Positions 27,860-42,678 of a stretch of 64,000 nucleotides of DNA are shown one piece after another. The DNA is from Euglena gracilis. Lineage: Eukaryota. The notes below the pieces were generated by a model. The model saw only the letters and a list, made by a program, of their open reading frames with translations. It had not been told where the DNA came from and made no database searches. Location of the stretch: positions 28,861,837 through 28,925,836 of the forward strand of contig CP154954.1 in NCBI GenBank assembly GCA_039621445.1, in the 5' to 3' direction. Both the position numbers and the translations under genes were made by a program. Position 1 is the stretch's first letter; the number at the start of each line of letters is the position of its first letter.

Positions 27860-30830
27860 AGGTGAAAAGATTGATTTTGAAGTATCAAGACGTTTTCGGT
27901 CCCTTGCCACCCCCGGTCAAGGCTGCAAATTGGTTGAAATGGATTTGGAACTCAAGGAGGAATGGAAAGATGCACCCCTTCGTTCCAACTGTTGGCCCAT
28001 GTCCCCCCAAGATTGTGCTGAAATTGAAGCACAAGTTGATGAGTTGGTGCAAGCCGGGTTGGTTGAACCCTTTCCCCCCGGCACGTTTCCGAAGTATTTT
28101 TCGCCCACTTTTCTCGTCGACAAAAAGGAAAGCAAGACAAAAAGAATGGTTGGACAATACGTACGACTCAACCGCCGAAACAAACCGCACGCGGCATTTT
28201 TACCGAATATGTAAATTCTTATTGAAAAAAATGGCGAAGACAAAGTTCAAGACGAAACTTGACCTAAGGAGCGGGTTTTGGCATGTTGGGTTGACCCCCC
28301 GGGCAAAGGAACTTTCGGCATTCACGACCCCCTCCGGACGGTGTTATCGGTGGCTTTGCATGCCTTTTGGACTTCAAGGTGCCCCCGGAGTTTTCCAAGA
28401 AATGATCGAACTCCTAATTTCTAAGGTGAAAGCAAAGCAAAACCTCAAGGAAATGTTGACGAGGAGTCACCTCGGTGCATTTTTTGACGATTGCGGAATC
28501 GGGGATTCAAAAGAAGAGCACCTCATTTTGCTTGAAGTGTTTCTTTCCGAATGCCAAAAACATCAATTCCGTGTGAAGTTGAGTAAGTGTGAATTCCTTC
28601 AAACGAACATGGAATATTTGGGATTTGATTTGAGTCACGGGACGTGGTGGCCGAGCAAAAAGAAGGTTGATGCCATCCTAAAAGCAAAAGTCTCCAACTT
28701 GAAGGAGTTGCAATCTTTTCTCGGAGCAATGAATTTCTTTCGCCGCCACGTACCAAAGTTTTCCGAATCATCACGCGTGTTAACCGAACTTCTCAAAAAG
28801 GAAACACCGTGGAAATGGGGTTTGGAGGAACAAAGCAAATTCGACGAGCTCAAAGCAAAATTGGCAAAATTGACGTGTTTGGGAACACCGAGACCGAGTG
28901 GAGAAATCGTGATTTTGACCGACTTTCAAGTGATGTTCAAGGTGGAGCTACACTTTTCCAATGGCAACACGTTTCGAATGAGATTTTGGAAGACTTGAAA
29001 AGGAGATCAACCATTTTGGAAACAAAAGGAGTGAAGTCGGATGGGAGTTCTGACCATACCCACCCGACCACGTTCACCCTTGTCCCTCTAGGCCACTATT
29101 CGTGGAAATGGAATGATACCCGACAAAGGTACAATACCTATGAAAGGGAATTGCATTCGGGAATTTTGACAATGTCAACCCAATACCGAATGGATGCCCA
29201 TCACAAAATTGTGTGGTTTTGCGACAACCAAGCAACACGTTCTTTTCTAGACTCCGCACCACCGACTAACCATGGACCAACAATTGGATTTTGCCATTCT
29301 ATTCAAGATCGGTGAGTCATTGCAATTTTCAAAGGAAGATTATTTGTCTAGCGCACTCCAAGAAATGTCTAATGCTTTGGAAGAAAGGAAAGCCACCATC
29401 ATTGGAGAAAGGTTGATGTACAAATCGGAAAAAGGTTTGTTTTGTGAGAACAAAAAAGTTGTTCCCATGACGAAGCTTGAGAAAACATTGAAGTGGTGTC
29501 ATGATGTGAATGGACATCCGGGTGCCGAGCGCACCGTTCTTTTCTTCTCCAAGATGTTTTGGTCGGATGAGTCAAAAAGGCATTTGTTCCGTGTGGCAAA
29601 ACGGATTTGCGATTTTTGCGAAGTTTGTCCCAAAAGCAAACCGAACACGTCGACCGACCGTGGAATAATTTCGTCGCTTCCGATACCGCAAATTGCAAAC
29701 GACACACTTTACATCGGTTTCATTTCAATGGATGCACAGAATGAATTCAATTACGTTCTCACAACTGTGGATTCACTCTCAAGGTTTGTGAAGTTCATAC
29801 CGTGTTCCAAAAAACATAACTGGTGAGGAAACTTTGATATTGATTTGGAAGGAGTGGATTTTGAATTTTGACAAGCCTCAATGCATCATGAGTGACAATG
29901 ATGTTCGTTTTTCGCAACAAGAAGGTTTCTATCAAAAAGTGTTTCGGTCTTTCGGAGTGGACGTCAAATTTTCGGTTCCCCGACACCCACAATCAAATGG
30001 TCTTTGTGAGCGAACAAATCGAACATTTTTGCAGCATTTGAGAGCATTGACATTGGAAATGAAAACAATGGATTGGCCAAAGCTCGCACCGATTGTTTCA
30101 TGGATGATGAATTCCCAAGTTTCTCCAAAAACGGGATATTCACCAAGTGAGCTATTTTTGGGACGTCCAAGTTGGAAAGGTGAAATCATTCCCGAACCGG
30201 GAAGTACCCCAAACGTTGAATGTTTTTTGAGAGATCATATTGAAATCCAAGATGGTGTGAGGAAAAGACTTCAAAGGTTGTGTGAATCGAAAAACAAGAC
30301 TTTGAACAAAGGTCGTCCGAATTCGAGCTGCTTTGTTGGTGACTTTGTCCTCGTGAGTGAGGATCGATGGCCACAAAGGAAGTTGACCAAAATCGAAAGT
30401 CAGTGGTTTGGTCCTTATCGCATTTTTGAAGTAAGACACAACACCTTGGAGGTAGCCGTCTCACCAAGTTTGGGTGGAGAACGCATTTGCACGTTTTCCC
30501 AAGTGAAACATTGGAGAACCGTGACCGACCACGATGAAGAATTTTTGCCCGACGATTTTCAACCCGATGACGAAGAAGAAACCGAAAAAGAAGCCGCGGA
30601 CGCTGAACGAGAAAACGAACGCGGAAAAGAGAGTGTGAGAGAGTTACCCCCCGGATTTTTTTTGGTGTCAAAGATTTTGAGGCACAAGTTTGACCAAGGA
30701 TGGAAATTTTTGACACAATGGGAGGGTTTCCCCGTTTCGTCCTCAACATGGGAGGCAAGCAAGAATTTTTCCCTTGGAGGAGGAAAATGGAATGAGATTT
30801 TTGTGAAGGATTGCCAAGACAACGGTTTGG
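27860..30830 (+). pseudogene. Gypsy RT, RNase H, integrase (H2C2, DDE, GPY) and chromodomain; frameshifted
   Basis: KLDLRSGFWHV, MPFGLQGAPGVFQ, AFFDD, LQSFLG..NFFRR; YEREL, WFCDNQ; H..GHPG..C..C, SDND, HPQSNGLCERTNR, WFGPY; KILRH...FLTQWEGF...STWE. Confidence 0.92.
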
Positions 30831-33800
30831 CATGCCCCCCAGGGAGGAGACTCAAGAATGACAATGAGAATGAGGTAGGAAGCCTTCTTTTCCACATGAA
30901 AGCAAGTTCTACCATTTTGCAACCCCCACGGGAAATGAGAATATTTCCGGTGGATATGCGCGATGCGAATTTTTGCGTTTTGTCCAATGTCCCCGAGATC
31001 AGGAATGACCTTTTGGAGAATGGAATGCTCCCACCCCGGGAAGTGGGCAATGGCAGGACCCTTGGGACCTGCAAGGGACTTGCATGCCTGGAGGAAGAAT
31101 ACAAATGGGAAGTCCCGTTTCACCCCAATTCCGAAGGGACTTACTCATGGGAAGGAGCCAACCAACCGCTCACCCATCCACCTTCACCCGTACCTTATTC
31201 ACTCTTCTCCAAGATTTTTTTCTGAGAACAGTTCTGACCTTCTTTCCCTTGTGATGAAGTGTCGTATCTCTTTGTGAGGTCATTTCTTCATCTAACCCTT
31301 GTTGTTGTTTTCTCGTCCTTCTTTATGGAAGCAAGTGAGAACATCAACGGGTTCAAGGCCGAACGCCTTGAAGGGGAAGAATGTGATGTTCTCCCAAAAC
31401 TTTTCCCAGAGGTTTTTCTTACCAAGCAAAAACGCGGACGACGTGTCCCAAATCTTCTATCCCTTCCAGTGTACCTATCCCAACGATATATGTCACTCTG
31501 AAGTCGTGGACCAAAGAAAGAATCATATCAAGATCTTGTGCTTGCTGTTCCAAAGGGAAAAGGGAAAATCTCGGAGAAAAAGGACTATCGGCCGAAAGCG
31601 AGAGCGCCAGGCAGCTGTCACCTCCCTAAGGGTGTGAGCCTACACTTGGCAGTTTCAAGCTGCATGCTTTGGCATCAGCAGCCTGCCACAAAAATTTATG
31701 ACTCTCATGAGAGTCTGGTAAAGGAAATGGAGAAAGGAGGGAAAGGTAGTTTTCATCGACCTGGACGACATTTTGCTGTTAGCCCCCAGCAAAAAGACAG
31801 CAGCCCATCATTTGGCAGAAATGAAAAAAGATCTTTTGCTGGCAGGTTTCAGAATAAACCTCCCCAAATCATGTTTGGAATCCACACAGAAAATAAAGCA
31901 CTTGGGCCAGAGGATCAATTTGAAAAAATGCCAACTAGAAATTCTTCAGGTAAAATTAAAATCCTCAAAAAAGCAGCTAGGTAAGTTGCTCACAGCATTA
32001 AAAATGAGCTGCACAAAACTCGTTTTCTATTGTGGGGCAGGTCAGAAGCTTTTTAGTCTCCTTGCCGTTACTCAGAATTCTGACAGATCAACTTTGCAAA
32101 ATGGTGGATTTGCACACCAAGTGGGGTTGTTACCACACCCTGACTATTCCCCAGTGGGTCAAAGATCAAATTGTGGAGGTGAAAACATTTTTACAGCCAG
32201 GGTTTGGCAGGGCATTTCAATTCCAGGCCTCTCAGGAACTCTTTTCAGACAGCAGCACCTGGCAATGGGGAGGTCTGGACAAAGATTCAGGCAAAAAGGT
32301 GCAGGATTGTTGGAGGGACCTGCATGTCCTTAATATCAACCAAAAAGAGTTGCAGGCTGCAGTGGAAACTGTAAAAGCACTGGCCAAGCCAAAGCAAACA
32401 ATTGTGCTTCATGTGGACAGCCAGGTGGCTGTAAGTTATTTAAAAAAGTGGGGAGGCAAAAGGCCCTACCTCAATTCTATCTTAAAACCCCTGCTGTATC
32501 ATTGCCAGGTAAAGCAAATCAATTTGCAGGTGGTTTGCGTTCCAACAAAGGAGCAATTGGCAGACTCCCTAACCAGGGAGCAAAAGGACCCAGGGACCCC
32601 CCAAATAATACCCCCCCAAATAATACCCCCCCCCAAATAATCCCGCCCCCCAAATAATACCCCCCCCTTGGGGTCCGACTTCGGCCGCCGAAAAATTAAT
32701 TCCCAACCCCTGGTTTCGGGCCGAAGGCCCGCATTTTTCACCTGAAAATGTAGGTAAGAATCACAATTTCTGACAACAAATTATGGAAAAACCGGATTTT
32801 TCTGGCTCATCTGACCTCCAAAAATGGTAAATGTCACAAGAAAGTGCAAAAAAAGACCCCAAAGGGCGGTTTTGGGTGCTATTTTGGGTTTTACGGGACT
32901 TCGGAAAATTTCGAAAATTTTGGAAAAATAATCCCCCCCCTAAATAATACCCCCCCTCGGGCCGGGACTTCGGGCGAAAAAAACAATCCCCCGGGGGGGG
33001 GGGTATTATTTGGGGGGGGGGTTACCCTAAACCAAAGCATCTTTCACAAAATTCTTCAGTTTTTTAGAAAGGACAAAACCCCAGAGGTGGACATGTTTTG
33101 CACAGCCAGCAACAAAAAATTCCCCACGTTCATTTGTCGATACCCCCCAAGGGGCTTTGATGGTGGATGCCTTAAGGGCAGACTTGAGGGACCTCCCCCC
33201 AATTTATGAAAACCCCTCCTGGAGCATCACTCCCCAGTGGGTTCAGAGATTAATTGCAAACCCAGACCTGCATTGTCTGTTGATCGTACCCCACCGGTCG
33301 GGATGTTTTTCCTTTTTTGCTGATTTTTTGGGTGGGGGGTTGGGCTCACCATCTTATTGTGATTCGCCCTCGTGGTCACTTCCTCCCCCTTCCTGTGTCG
33401 TGGGAGTCCGACAATCAATTCAAATTATTCAAAAACAGATGCTCGTGCAAAAATTTGCTGAAGTATCTGAAAGATGCAATTTCCAAGACGAACAGCGCCA
33501 GAGACTTTCAAGAGGGAGCAGCTGCGGCTGGAAAACCTGATGACACCGGTCGACTGTGGCAAACTGTGGCTGCCCCTTCGTTAAAAGAAATTTCCACAAC
33601 CAAACAAACCCACTAAAGTGTTGCACGGACCTGGCAGTGGTCAGACGACCCCGTAAATGGAAGAGACAACGACCAGCAGGCCATTGGAACCAAACCCATC
33701 GGGGCCAAAAATTCAGAGCGCACAATGTGTTCATGCGGGGCTACGGTGTAAATGGGTCCTAACCAACAATTTGACCAAAATTTGTCTTAGTACGGTTTAA

Positions 33801-34069
33801 AACCCCTAAAAATCCAATTTTCTTTGGATTTAAGGTGGACTTGAACTTCGGAAAGTGATCTGGGGGTCGGCCTTTGAAGCTCGAAACCGAATTTTGACCC
33901 TTACGGCGGTGAAAGCCAAATTTTCCGAGTCTGGCGCGCTAAAATTTCAGTTAGGATTAGGAAATACCATCACCCTGAGAATAGCCCACTCGAACACGCA
34001 AGTTTCCTCACAACATTTTTCCTTCCCGCAGTGTTCTTGTTAACCCCATTGTCACTTCAAGTACAAAAT

Positions 34070-34814
34070 AGAAAACAAAGAGACAACAAGAGAGAAGAAG
34101 AATAGAAAGAGAGGGGGAGAGCAGAGGAGGAGAGAGAAGAGATATATATAAATTATAAGAAGAAGAAGATAATATTATATAGAGAGATATACAATAGATA
34201 ATAATATAATATGATTATTATTATAGAGAGACTATTAGAAGGAGAATATAATTAATTATAATATAACATATGAGAAGACATATGTCAGAGGACATATAGA
34301 AGAATAATATAATAATCATAATATCCTTATTATTCTATTATTATTACTATAAATTACTATATATTATTATACGTATAAGATATTAATATAATACTAATAA
34401 TATAACTATAATTATATATATTATTATATATAGATATATATATTATAATTATGTATACTATATATACATATATACATATATATACATGTATATACATATA
34501 TATACATATATATACATATATATACATATATGTATATACGTATATATAATTATATATTAATTATTATATATATAAATATATATTGAGGAACTGTTTACTG
34601 CGATGTGCACCACATGAAGCAAATTACTGGGACAAGACCACGGGAAGTTGGATGTTTAATCAAAAAAACGGTTAATTGCTTGTGACCCCCCAGTTAATCG
34701 TTCGTTTGTGGGGGGGGACAATCAACATGATTAATGGAAAACGCTTATCGCGTGGAACCCCCCCAGTTAATTGCTGTTTTTCTTTGTAGACAGAAGAGAT
34801 GGCCGGCGGGGGAA

Positions 34815-34861
<47 letters not shown>

Positions 34862-34917
34862 CGAGAGAGAGAGAGAGAGGGAGAGGAGAGAGAGAGAGAG
34901 ATAGAGAGGAGAGAGAG

Positions 34918-34956
<39 letters not shown>

Positions 34957-35011
34957 AGAGAGAGGGAGAGAGAGAGAGAGAGCGAGAGAGAGAGAGAGAG
35001 AGAGAGATCGC

Positions 35012-35049
<38 letters not shown>

Positions 35050-35052
35050 TGA

Positions 35053-35108
<56 letters not shown>

Positions 35109-35132
35109 GAGAGAGAGAGAGCGAGAGAGTAT

Positions 35133-35180
<48 letters not shown>

Positions 35181-35215
35181 TAGAGAGAGATGAGGGAGAG
35201 AGAGAGAGAGAGATA

Positions 35216-35265
<50 letters not shown>

Positions 35266-36180
35266 GAGAGAGGAGATAGAGAGATAGACAGTAGAGAGAT
35301 ACAGAGAGAGAGCGAGAGATAGAGAGAGAGAGAGAGAGAGACAGAGGATGAGAGAGAGAGAGAGAGATACAGGAGAGAGATAGAGAGACAGAGAGATATA
35401 GAGAGAGATAGAGATAGATATATATAGATATAGATATACATATATATATATAGATATATAGATATATATACATATACCCGCCGGACATCTCTTCTGTCTT
35501 CAAAAAGAAAACAGAAGCAATTAACTGGGGGGGGTTACAAGCGATTAAGCTTTTTTCCATTATTCATGTTTAATATAGATACATATACAGAGAGACAGAC
35601 TAGAGATACATAGAGACTTACAGACAGACAGAGAGCCATACAGACAGAGAGAGAGAGACATACGCCATACATACAGATAGATGATATACATACATACATA
35701 GACAGACATATAGACATATATATATATACATATATATACATATATATATATATATACATTTTTATATACAATATAGATATATAGGATTATAGAAATATAT
35801 GTGCATATATACATGTACATTTATGTACATATGTATATATACGTATACATATATATGTATATACATATATATATATATGTGTGTATGTGTATACACACAT
35901 AGATATTTGGATTTATAAATGTATATGTGCATATATATACATATACATGTATGTATATATGTATACATACGTATACATATATATGCATATTTAAGTATAT
36001 ATATATATATATGTGGGTATATATGTATATGTATGTATATATACGTATATATGTATATATATACATCCATACATATGTATATATACATATATACATTATA
36101 TAAACATTTTTGTACATACATACATATATACGCACATATATTTACATATATATTATACATGTATCCATATATATACACTT
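34070..36180. repeat. Large (TA)n/(GA)n/(TACA)n microsatellite block
   Basis: Directly visible; the (GA)n tract is bracketed by inverted repeats at ~34725-34812 and ~35477-35570. Confidence 0.95.
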
Positions 36181-38586
36181 TTGATTACACTGATTGCATT
36201 GTTTGAATAACAAGTTTATCAATATTGACATTAAAATGACAAATTGGGATTATGAAGAAAACGGGCACAAGTATTTCAAAAAGACAAGCAAGCCGGAAGG
36301 TCCACCCGAAGCGGCAGCCGGAGGACTACAAGCCAAAAGCAGCCGGGACGCAAACATGGAAGTTCTTCCCGGATCCTCCGGCCAAGGCCTAGAGGAGGCC
36401 CTGCCTGGCAAGGAGCAGCAAGAACAATCTCCCCCAAGCCCCAAGGAGCTGCTGCTGCAACAATTCAAGGGGATGTGCCATCAGGCCGCCTCGAGGTGGT
36501 GCGCATTGGCCCCCTCATGCCATCGATGGCAACGCCAGATGGCCCTCGTTTAAGTCATGGGGTGGTGCCTGAAGGGTCCCCCAATTTATTTTAATTGGGA
36601 TGTGGAGCCAGCAACGCCACAGCAGTTGCAGAAGGCTGACCCGAGACCACCACACATGACAACACCCCCCCCCTGTTCCAAGCCTGCCTGTCTGCACACC
36701 CCTCCCCGTGGAAGAAAACCGACGCAAAAAGAACCCGAAAAGAAGTAGAACCCACCGGATTTTGAAACAGAATCACATTCTTCTTCATCCACAATGGCCT
36801 GGAAAATAGAATTTCGTCGTGGTTCGGGACTGTGTGGCGTGTAAATATTTAAAAGGTTCGTTTTAATAAAACGTATTAAATTTTTCGGGACGGGGTTTGT
36901 ATGTGCCGTATAAAAAAGTGTGCAAAAACAAACAGAAACCACACAAGGCGAATTTTCTGTGGAAAATGAATTACCTTGCCTTGCAAGTTTTCTGACAGTT
37001 TCAGGGGGGGATCACCACCACCCCAATAATACTTGGTGGAAATTGCTGAGAGATGTGTGCGTGCTGGCAAATGGCAACCTCCCTTACTTTAAAAAAAAAC
37101 ATCATGCAAAATTTGTGGTGCTTCCAAAAGTTTTAGTGTTTCCTCTTGCAACTGGGGGAAATTTTCTGGGACTTTAACGTCCGCAATTGTCCCTTGTAAA
37201 ACTTGCCTTGCATCTTCTTTTGCAACCCCCCCCCCCCGCGATTGATGGCGTTCACATTTTTGGTGTTCAATTTCAATTTTTGAAAGGCCAAACTTTTCCG
37301 GCTCCCATGGAAAATTCACAACCCGGTGCGTTGGAGGTGTGTGGCTTCCCCCATTCATTCCATTTTCCCCACTTCCCCCCACGAAACGGGCGGGGGCGAT
37401 GATCATTCTCAATTTTTTGACAGTGGGACACCAATGGATGAGAACCCGGCAGAAAACTTACAAGTCACCCCCAATGCAGTGGAAGAGGAGGAGAGATGTG
37501 GAGCCTTGGGACAGATACTTGGAAAGAATGGAAGAAAGGATGCAATTTCTTTAGGGAAGGTAAGAAAGTGTCTTAGAAACGCTCAATAAGCACATTTACT
37601 TGGTGAGAAAGGAAAAAAATATGAAAGGTTCTTTGACCAGATTTCTAGAAGGTTTCACAATTTGGATGAACAATTGAAGTGTTCATAGGACAAATCGCTG
37701 CAATCGAATTGTACATTAATGAAAAAAGGCGGGTGGAATCATCATAAAAGAAATGGACTTTGCCACCGTCATTCAAAACTTCGAAAGCTCACTTGAGTAC
37801 CAGGATCAGATTTTGGGACAAATTCACCAAAAGTTTTCTCCTGGTAAAAATGAGAATCGGCAAGAATTTTTTGTTTGAAACGTCAAGTTTTAAGTTTGTA
37901 AAACTCAACTCAAAAGGACTTTGATTTGATTTTGTTCAAAGTTGAAGACTTTCAAAATGGCGTTTCCGCTCACATGACTTGAGGACTTCAGCAAAAAATT
38001 GCTCGGTTGGAAAAACAGGGTGCGAGGGAATGGGTTTTTTCCGAGGTTTTGGAGTGGGGGACCCATGTGGACAAGCCTCCCCCCCCTCCCAATCCATGAA
38101 TTTTGATAGCCAAAGGGGGAAAAATCGAAACATTCCACCCACGGAAGGGAGACCCCCAACCCCGGCGTCGCTGTGGTGGTGGCGACCGGGGCCGACCCCA
38201 AGCACCGCTGTGGTGGCGGTGCAGGGGGACCTAGGAATAAGCGCAACAAGCACAGCCCCACCCAGGATCTATGGGGTTGGGACTTGAATGAATTAGAAGG
38301 CCTGGGTTGGAACATGAAGTTACGAGAAGGACTGGTTTGGGACAGAGAGAGGAGACTGATTGGATTTTCGAAAATTCTCAAAATATCCCTCCCTGTCGCT
38401 CCCTCCTCAGGCAACCTTGGCCCTGGGGTAGGGGGAGTGCCTTTTTCTGGCAACAGTGCTGGAGTGGCGGTATTGCCCAAAGGGGAGGAGCACCATAAGC
38501 TGTTCTCTACCCCAATGGCTAAGCCACATTCAGCACGTTCACGTAACCCAACCCACACCCATTTTTCTCCCCCACACCCAGAATTT

Positions 38587-39853
<1,267 letters not shown>

Positions 39854-40899
39854 CGTTCGTCCTCCCTTACTTCTTGGGTGCTGGCAGTTGGCTGACGCTT
39901 TGACGTGGAACGTTCTGGGGTGAATCCCCCCCTCTCTGTGTGTGAGCCTGTCTTTTTGGTGGGGGGTGGGGGCCCTTCTTGGCTTTGTGTTTCGCAAGGG
40001 TGGTCTCTCCGTCCTGTGTCTCTTGGCCTCCTTGCACTACAGGACCCCCCTTTTTCAGCACTTCCCAACATGAGACTTTGTGCAGAAACTGGCTGGAAAA
40101 ATTCTTGCCACACTTTCTGTGGCATTAAATAACAATTAATTCTTTTAAAAGTCATCAGAGTGTTTCCACTGACCCAGTTCGCACACAACTTCGGATGGTA
40201 AACCAAATTTTAGGAACATTTTGAACCCAGCAATCCTTTCGCTATGAGGTCCAAACTCTGAATATGGGAACACCCAGACTCACTGAAACATCCCAAGTGA
40301 GTCTACCAATGCTATTGGCAGAGAGGGGTGTAAAAGGTGGAAGCAACGACGAAAACATTGGACTTGCCTTGATGAGAAGTCAGGGCCGCATAAGTAAGTG
40401 TCAACCAGTTTTGCAGGACCCAAATAAAGTGGTTGGCAGGAGATCAATGGTTCCCAACGTGCTTACGTATACATTCCTCTTGATGTTCCAGTAAATCCTG
40501 CCCTCAAAGCAACTTTTTATATGGAGGCTTGGCTGAAGTCTACACTCCAGCAAAGACGGAGGAGTCTGAGCACCACAATGGTCCTGTCCCTCACTTGACT
40601 TTTGTTATTCAAATTGAGGGGACAATCGTTTAATTTTTGAAGTGCTTTTCTGCACTCCAAAAAATTGCGTATTTTGCAGAGGATGTGTTCCAAAACCTTT
40701 TGCCAGATGGCTTTGGCTGGAAAATGTTACAGCTTCCCACCCAAGCATCAGCAAAAAGGCTGTCACACAATGGTGCAATGAGAAGATCGACTCGAGATCA
40801 ATGGTGCCTGTGGACAGATTAAACATTTTGCTGCTGTTTTTCTTGCTTGTTTTGTGTTTTTTGTTTCCTTGCTTGTTTTCCAAAACAGCAAAAAGAAAA

Positions 40900-41180
40900 G
40901 GGGGGCCAGTTTTGCGCCACACGTTGGGGCCAGACTGGTGCAACAGGTTTGGGACCGTTTGGTGCCACAACTTGAGGCCAAATTGGGCCACTTCTTGCGG
41001 CCAGTTTTCGGCCCAAAACGGGCCCCAAACTGTGGCACAAAACTGGCCCAAAACTGTAGCACCAATCTGGCCCCAAGACGTTGCACCAAACTGGCCTAAA
41101 ACTGTTGCACCCACATGGCCCAAAACTTTTGCACCCTTCTGGGCGCAAGATGGTGGCCAAAATTGTCCCAAACTGTTGAC
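40900..41180. repeat. 24-bp minisatellite
   Basis: Units like TGGCCCAAAACTGTGGCACAAAAC, translating as WPKTVAPN repeats. Confidence 0.8.
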
Positions 41181-41761
41181 CAATCCGGGACGTGTTTGTG
41201 ATTCTTGTGGCCAGTTTGGGAGAGAGTTTGAGGCGAGTTTGGTGCAACAGTTTTTGAGGGAGTGGCTTGCGAGAAGGGTTTTTCGAAGAAAGGTTTCCGA
41301 CAGTTCTGCAACAGACAGGCTGCTCTGCTGCTCTGCTGCTCTGCTCTGCTGCTCTTCAATTTCACCGGGGCGCGCAACGCATACAGACAAAAGATATGTC
41401 TTTTGAGAACTTAGGTGTTCCTTTGTGGGCCTAATGTAAATTTATGAAAGAAGTGCCGGAAATTTTCCGGCAACCTTAGAAATTTTCCTGATGGAAATTT
41501 CCCCTATGTGACGGAAAGCCCGATGCTGCCACACAGGGTGAGTGCACGTCCACACAATGCTCGCATTACACCAGATTTGCTCACCTGAGCAGAGGAGCAA
41601 CACAAGAGCATTGGTGTAAGGTGTCCCTGGCCACTCACTACACAAACTAGGCAGAAGCAAAATTGCCATCAGCAGACAAGGAGCCTTAGTGCAACCAAGG
41701 GATTCAAATTCAAATTGCAACCGTGTTCAGAGGGCCGGCGCCTGCCCTGTAATTCGGGGTT

Positions 41762-42678
41762 GTGAACGCAAATTACAGGGCGATAATTCCTGAACCCGAT
41801 TTCATGCCCTGATAATCGTGTTCAGGGTGAACGCGAATAACAGGGCATGAACTCGGGTTCAGCATTTTTTGAAAATTTTGGGCTAAAATAAAACGTCCCA
41901 GGATGCCAGGAAGTTCTGCAGGTTGCAGAATATTCTCTGGAGGGTTGGCAGCCTCACCAATAGCTTTTTTGGTTGCCTCGCGGGTGAGAGCAGCCGCCAT
42001 TAATTTTTGCAGCTGTGGGAGTTACGTTTCACAGGATTGTATAAACGGGGTTTATGTCGGAATCTGAATTTTTGGCCACACTGTGCCCGGCGTTGGTCCT
42101 CACATTGTTTGATGACCGCTTGCCCATCGAACAACAGTGGAGGATCAATCACCCAAGCTGCCCAAGCACAAAGTAAAACCTCCAGTTCGTCGTAGACGGC
42201 GCCAAGCACACCACACACTTCCTGAAATATAAGGAGGTGTGTGAGTGCAGCTTGCTCCGTCCCTTCCGTCCAGGATGCTTTCTTTTTGGAAGCCTCCGCC
42301 AGAAGGCTACCGTGCAGGGGGTGAATAGCAGGGTTCTTTTTTTCATCATCATTGATTGTGGCCAAAAATCCAGCAACTTTTGGGGGTTGTGGCAAATTTC
42401 TGCCCATCGTGTTTGCGGCTTTATTTGCCATTACAAAAAGACTGAGAGACAGTGCAGCGAAAATGTGCAGTAAACTGCAGCAACCGTTAAGCTCTAGGCC
42501 AAACATCGGCCAAGCATTGTGGGGGCCGTTGGGGGGGGGGGGGATCGGGGGCCATATCTCGTTTTCCTAGTGAACACAAATTACAGGGAGATAATTCCTG
42601 AACCCGATTTCATGCCCTGATAATCGTGTTCAGGGTGAACACGAATTACAGTGCATGAAAACGGGTTCAGCATTTTTT
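41762..42678. repeat. ~110-bp direct repeat pair (41762-41868, 42571-42678)
   Basis: GTGAAC.CAAATTACAGGG.GATAATTCCTGAACCCGATTTCATGCCCTGATAATCGTGTTCAGGGTGAAC occurs twice. Confidence 0.85.

Larger units (their letters stand above)
23671..31644 (+). mobile_element. Full-length Ty3/Gypsy (chromovirus-like) LTR retrotransposon carrying a Dam-like methyltransferase
   Basis: TG...CA LTRs 23671-23932 and 31382-31644 (~95% identical by eye); 5-bp TSD CTTGG; PBS TGGTAGCAGAGG at 23936 (tRNA-iMet type); PPT GAAGGGGAAGAA; order gag-PR-MT-RT-RH-INT-chromodomain. Confidence 0.95.
21885..33290 (+). mobile_element. DIRS retrotransposon (gag, RT, RNase H, MT), interrupted by the Gypsy element and a MITE
   Basis: RT LISDCRQLN...KIDLKDAYFHL...GETW stops at 23670 and resumes at 31650 (QFQAACFG...DLDDILL); RNase H FSDSS...NQKELQA...VDSQV...LADSLTR; MT VDMFC...YENPSW at ~33085-33290. 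Confidence 0.85.

Noticed and set aside
40605-41406. 254-261 aa ORFs on both strands as a repeat protein
   Set aside because: Openness is explained by a 24-bp minisatellite; no domain signature
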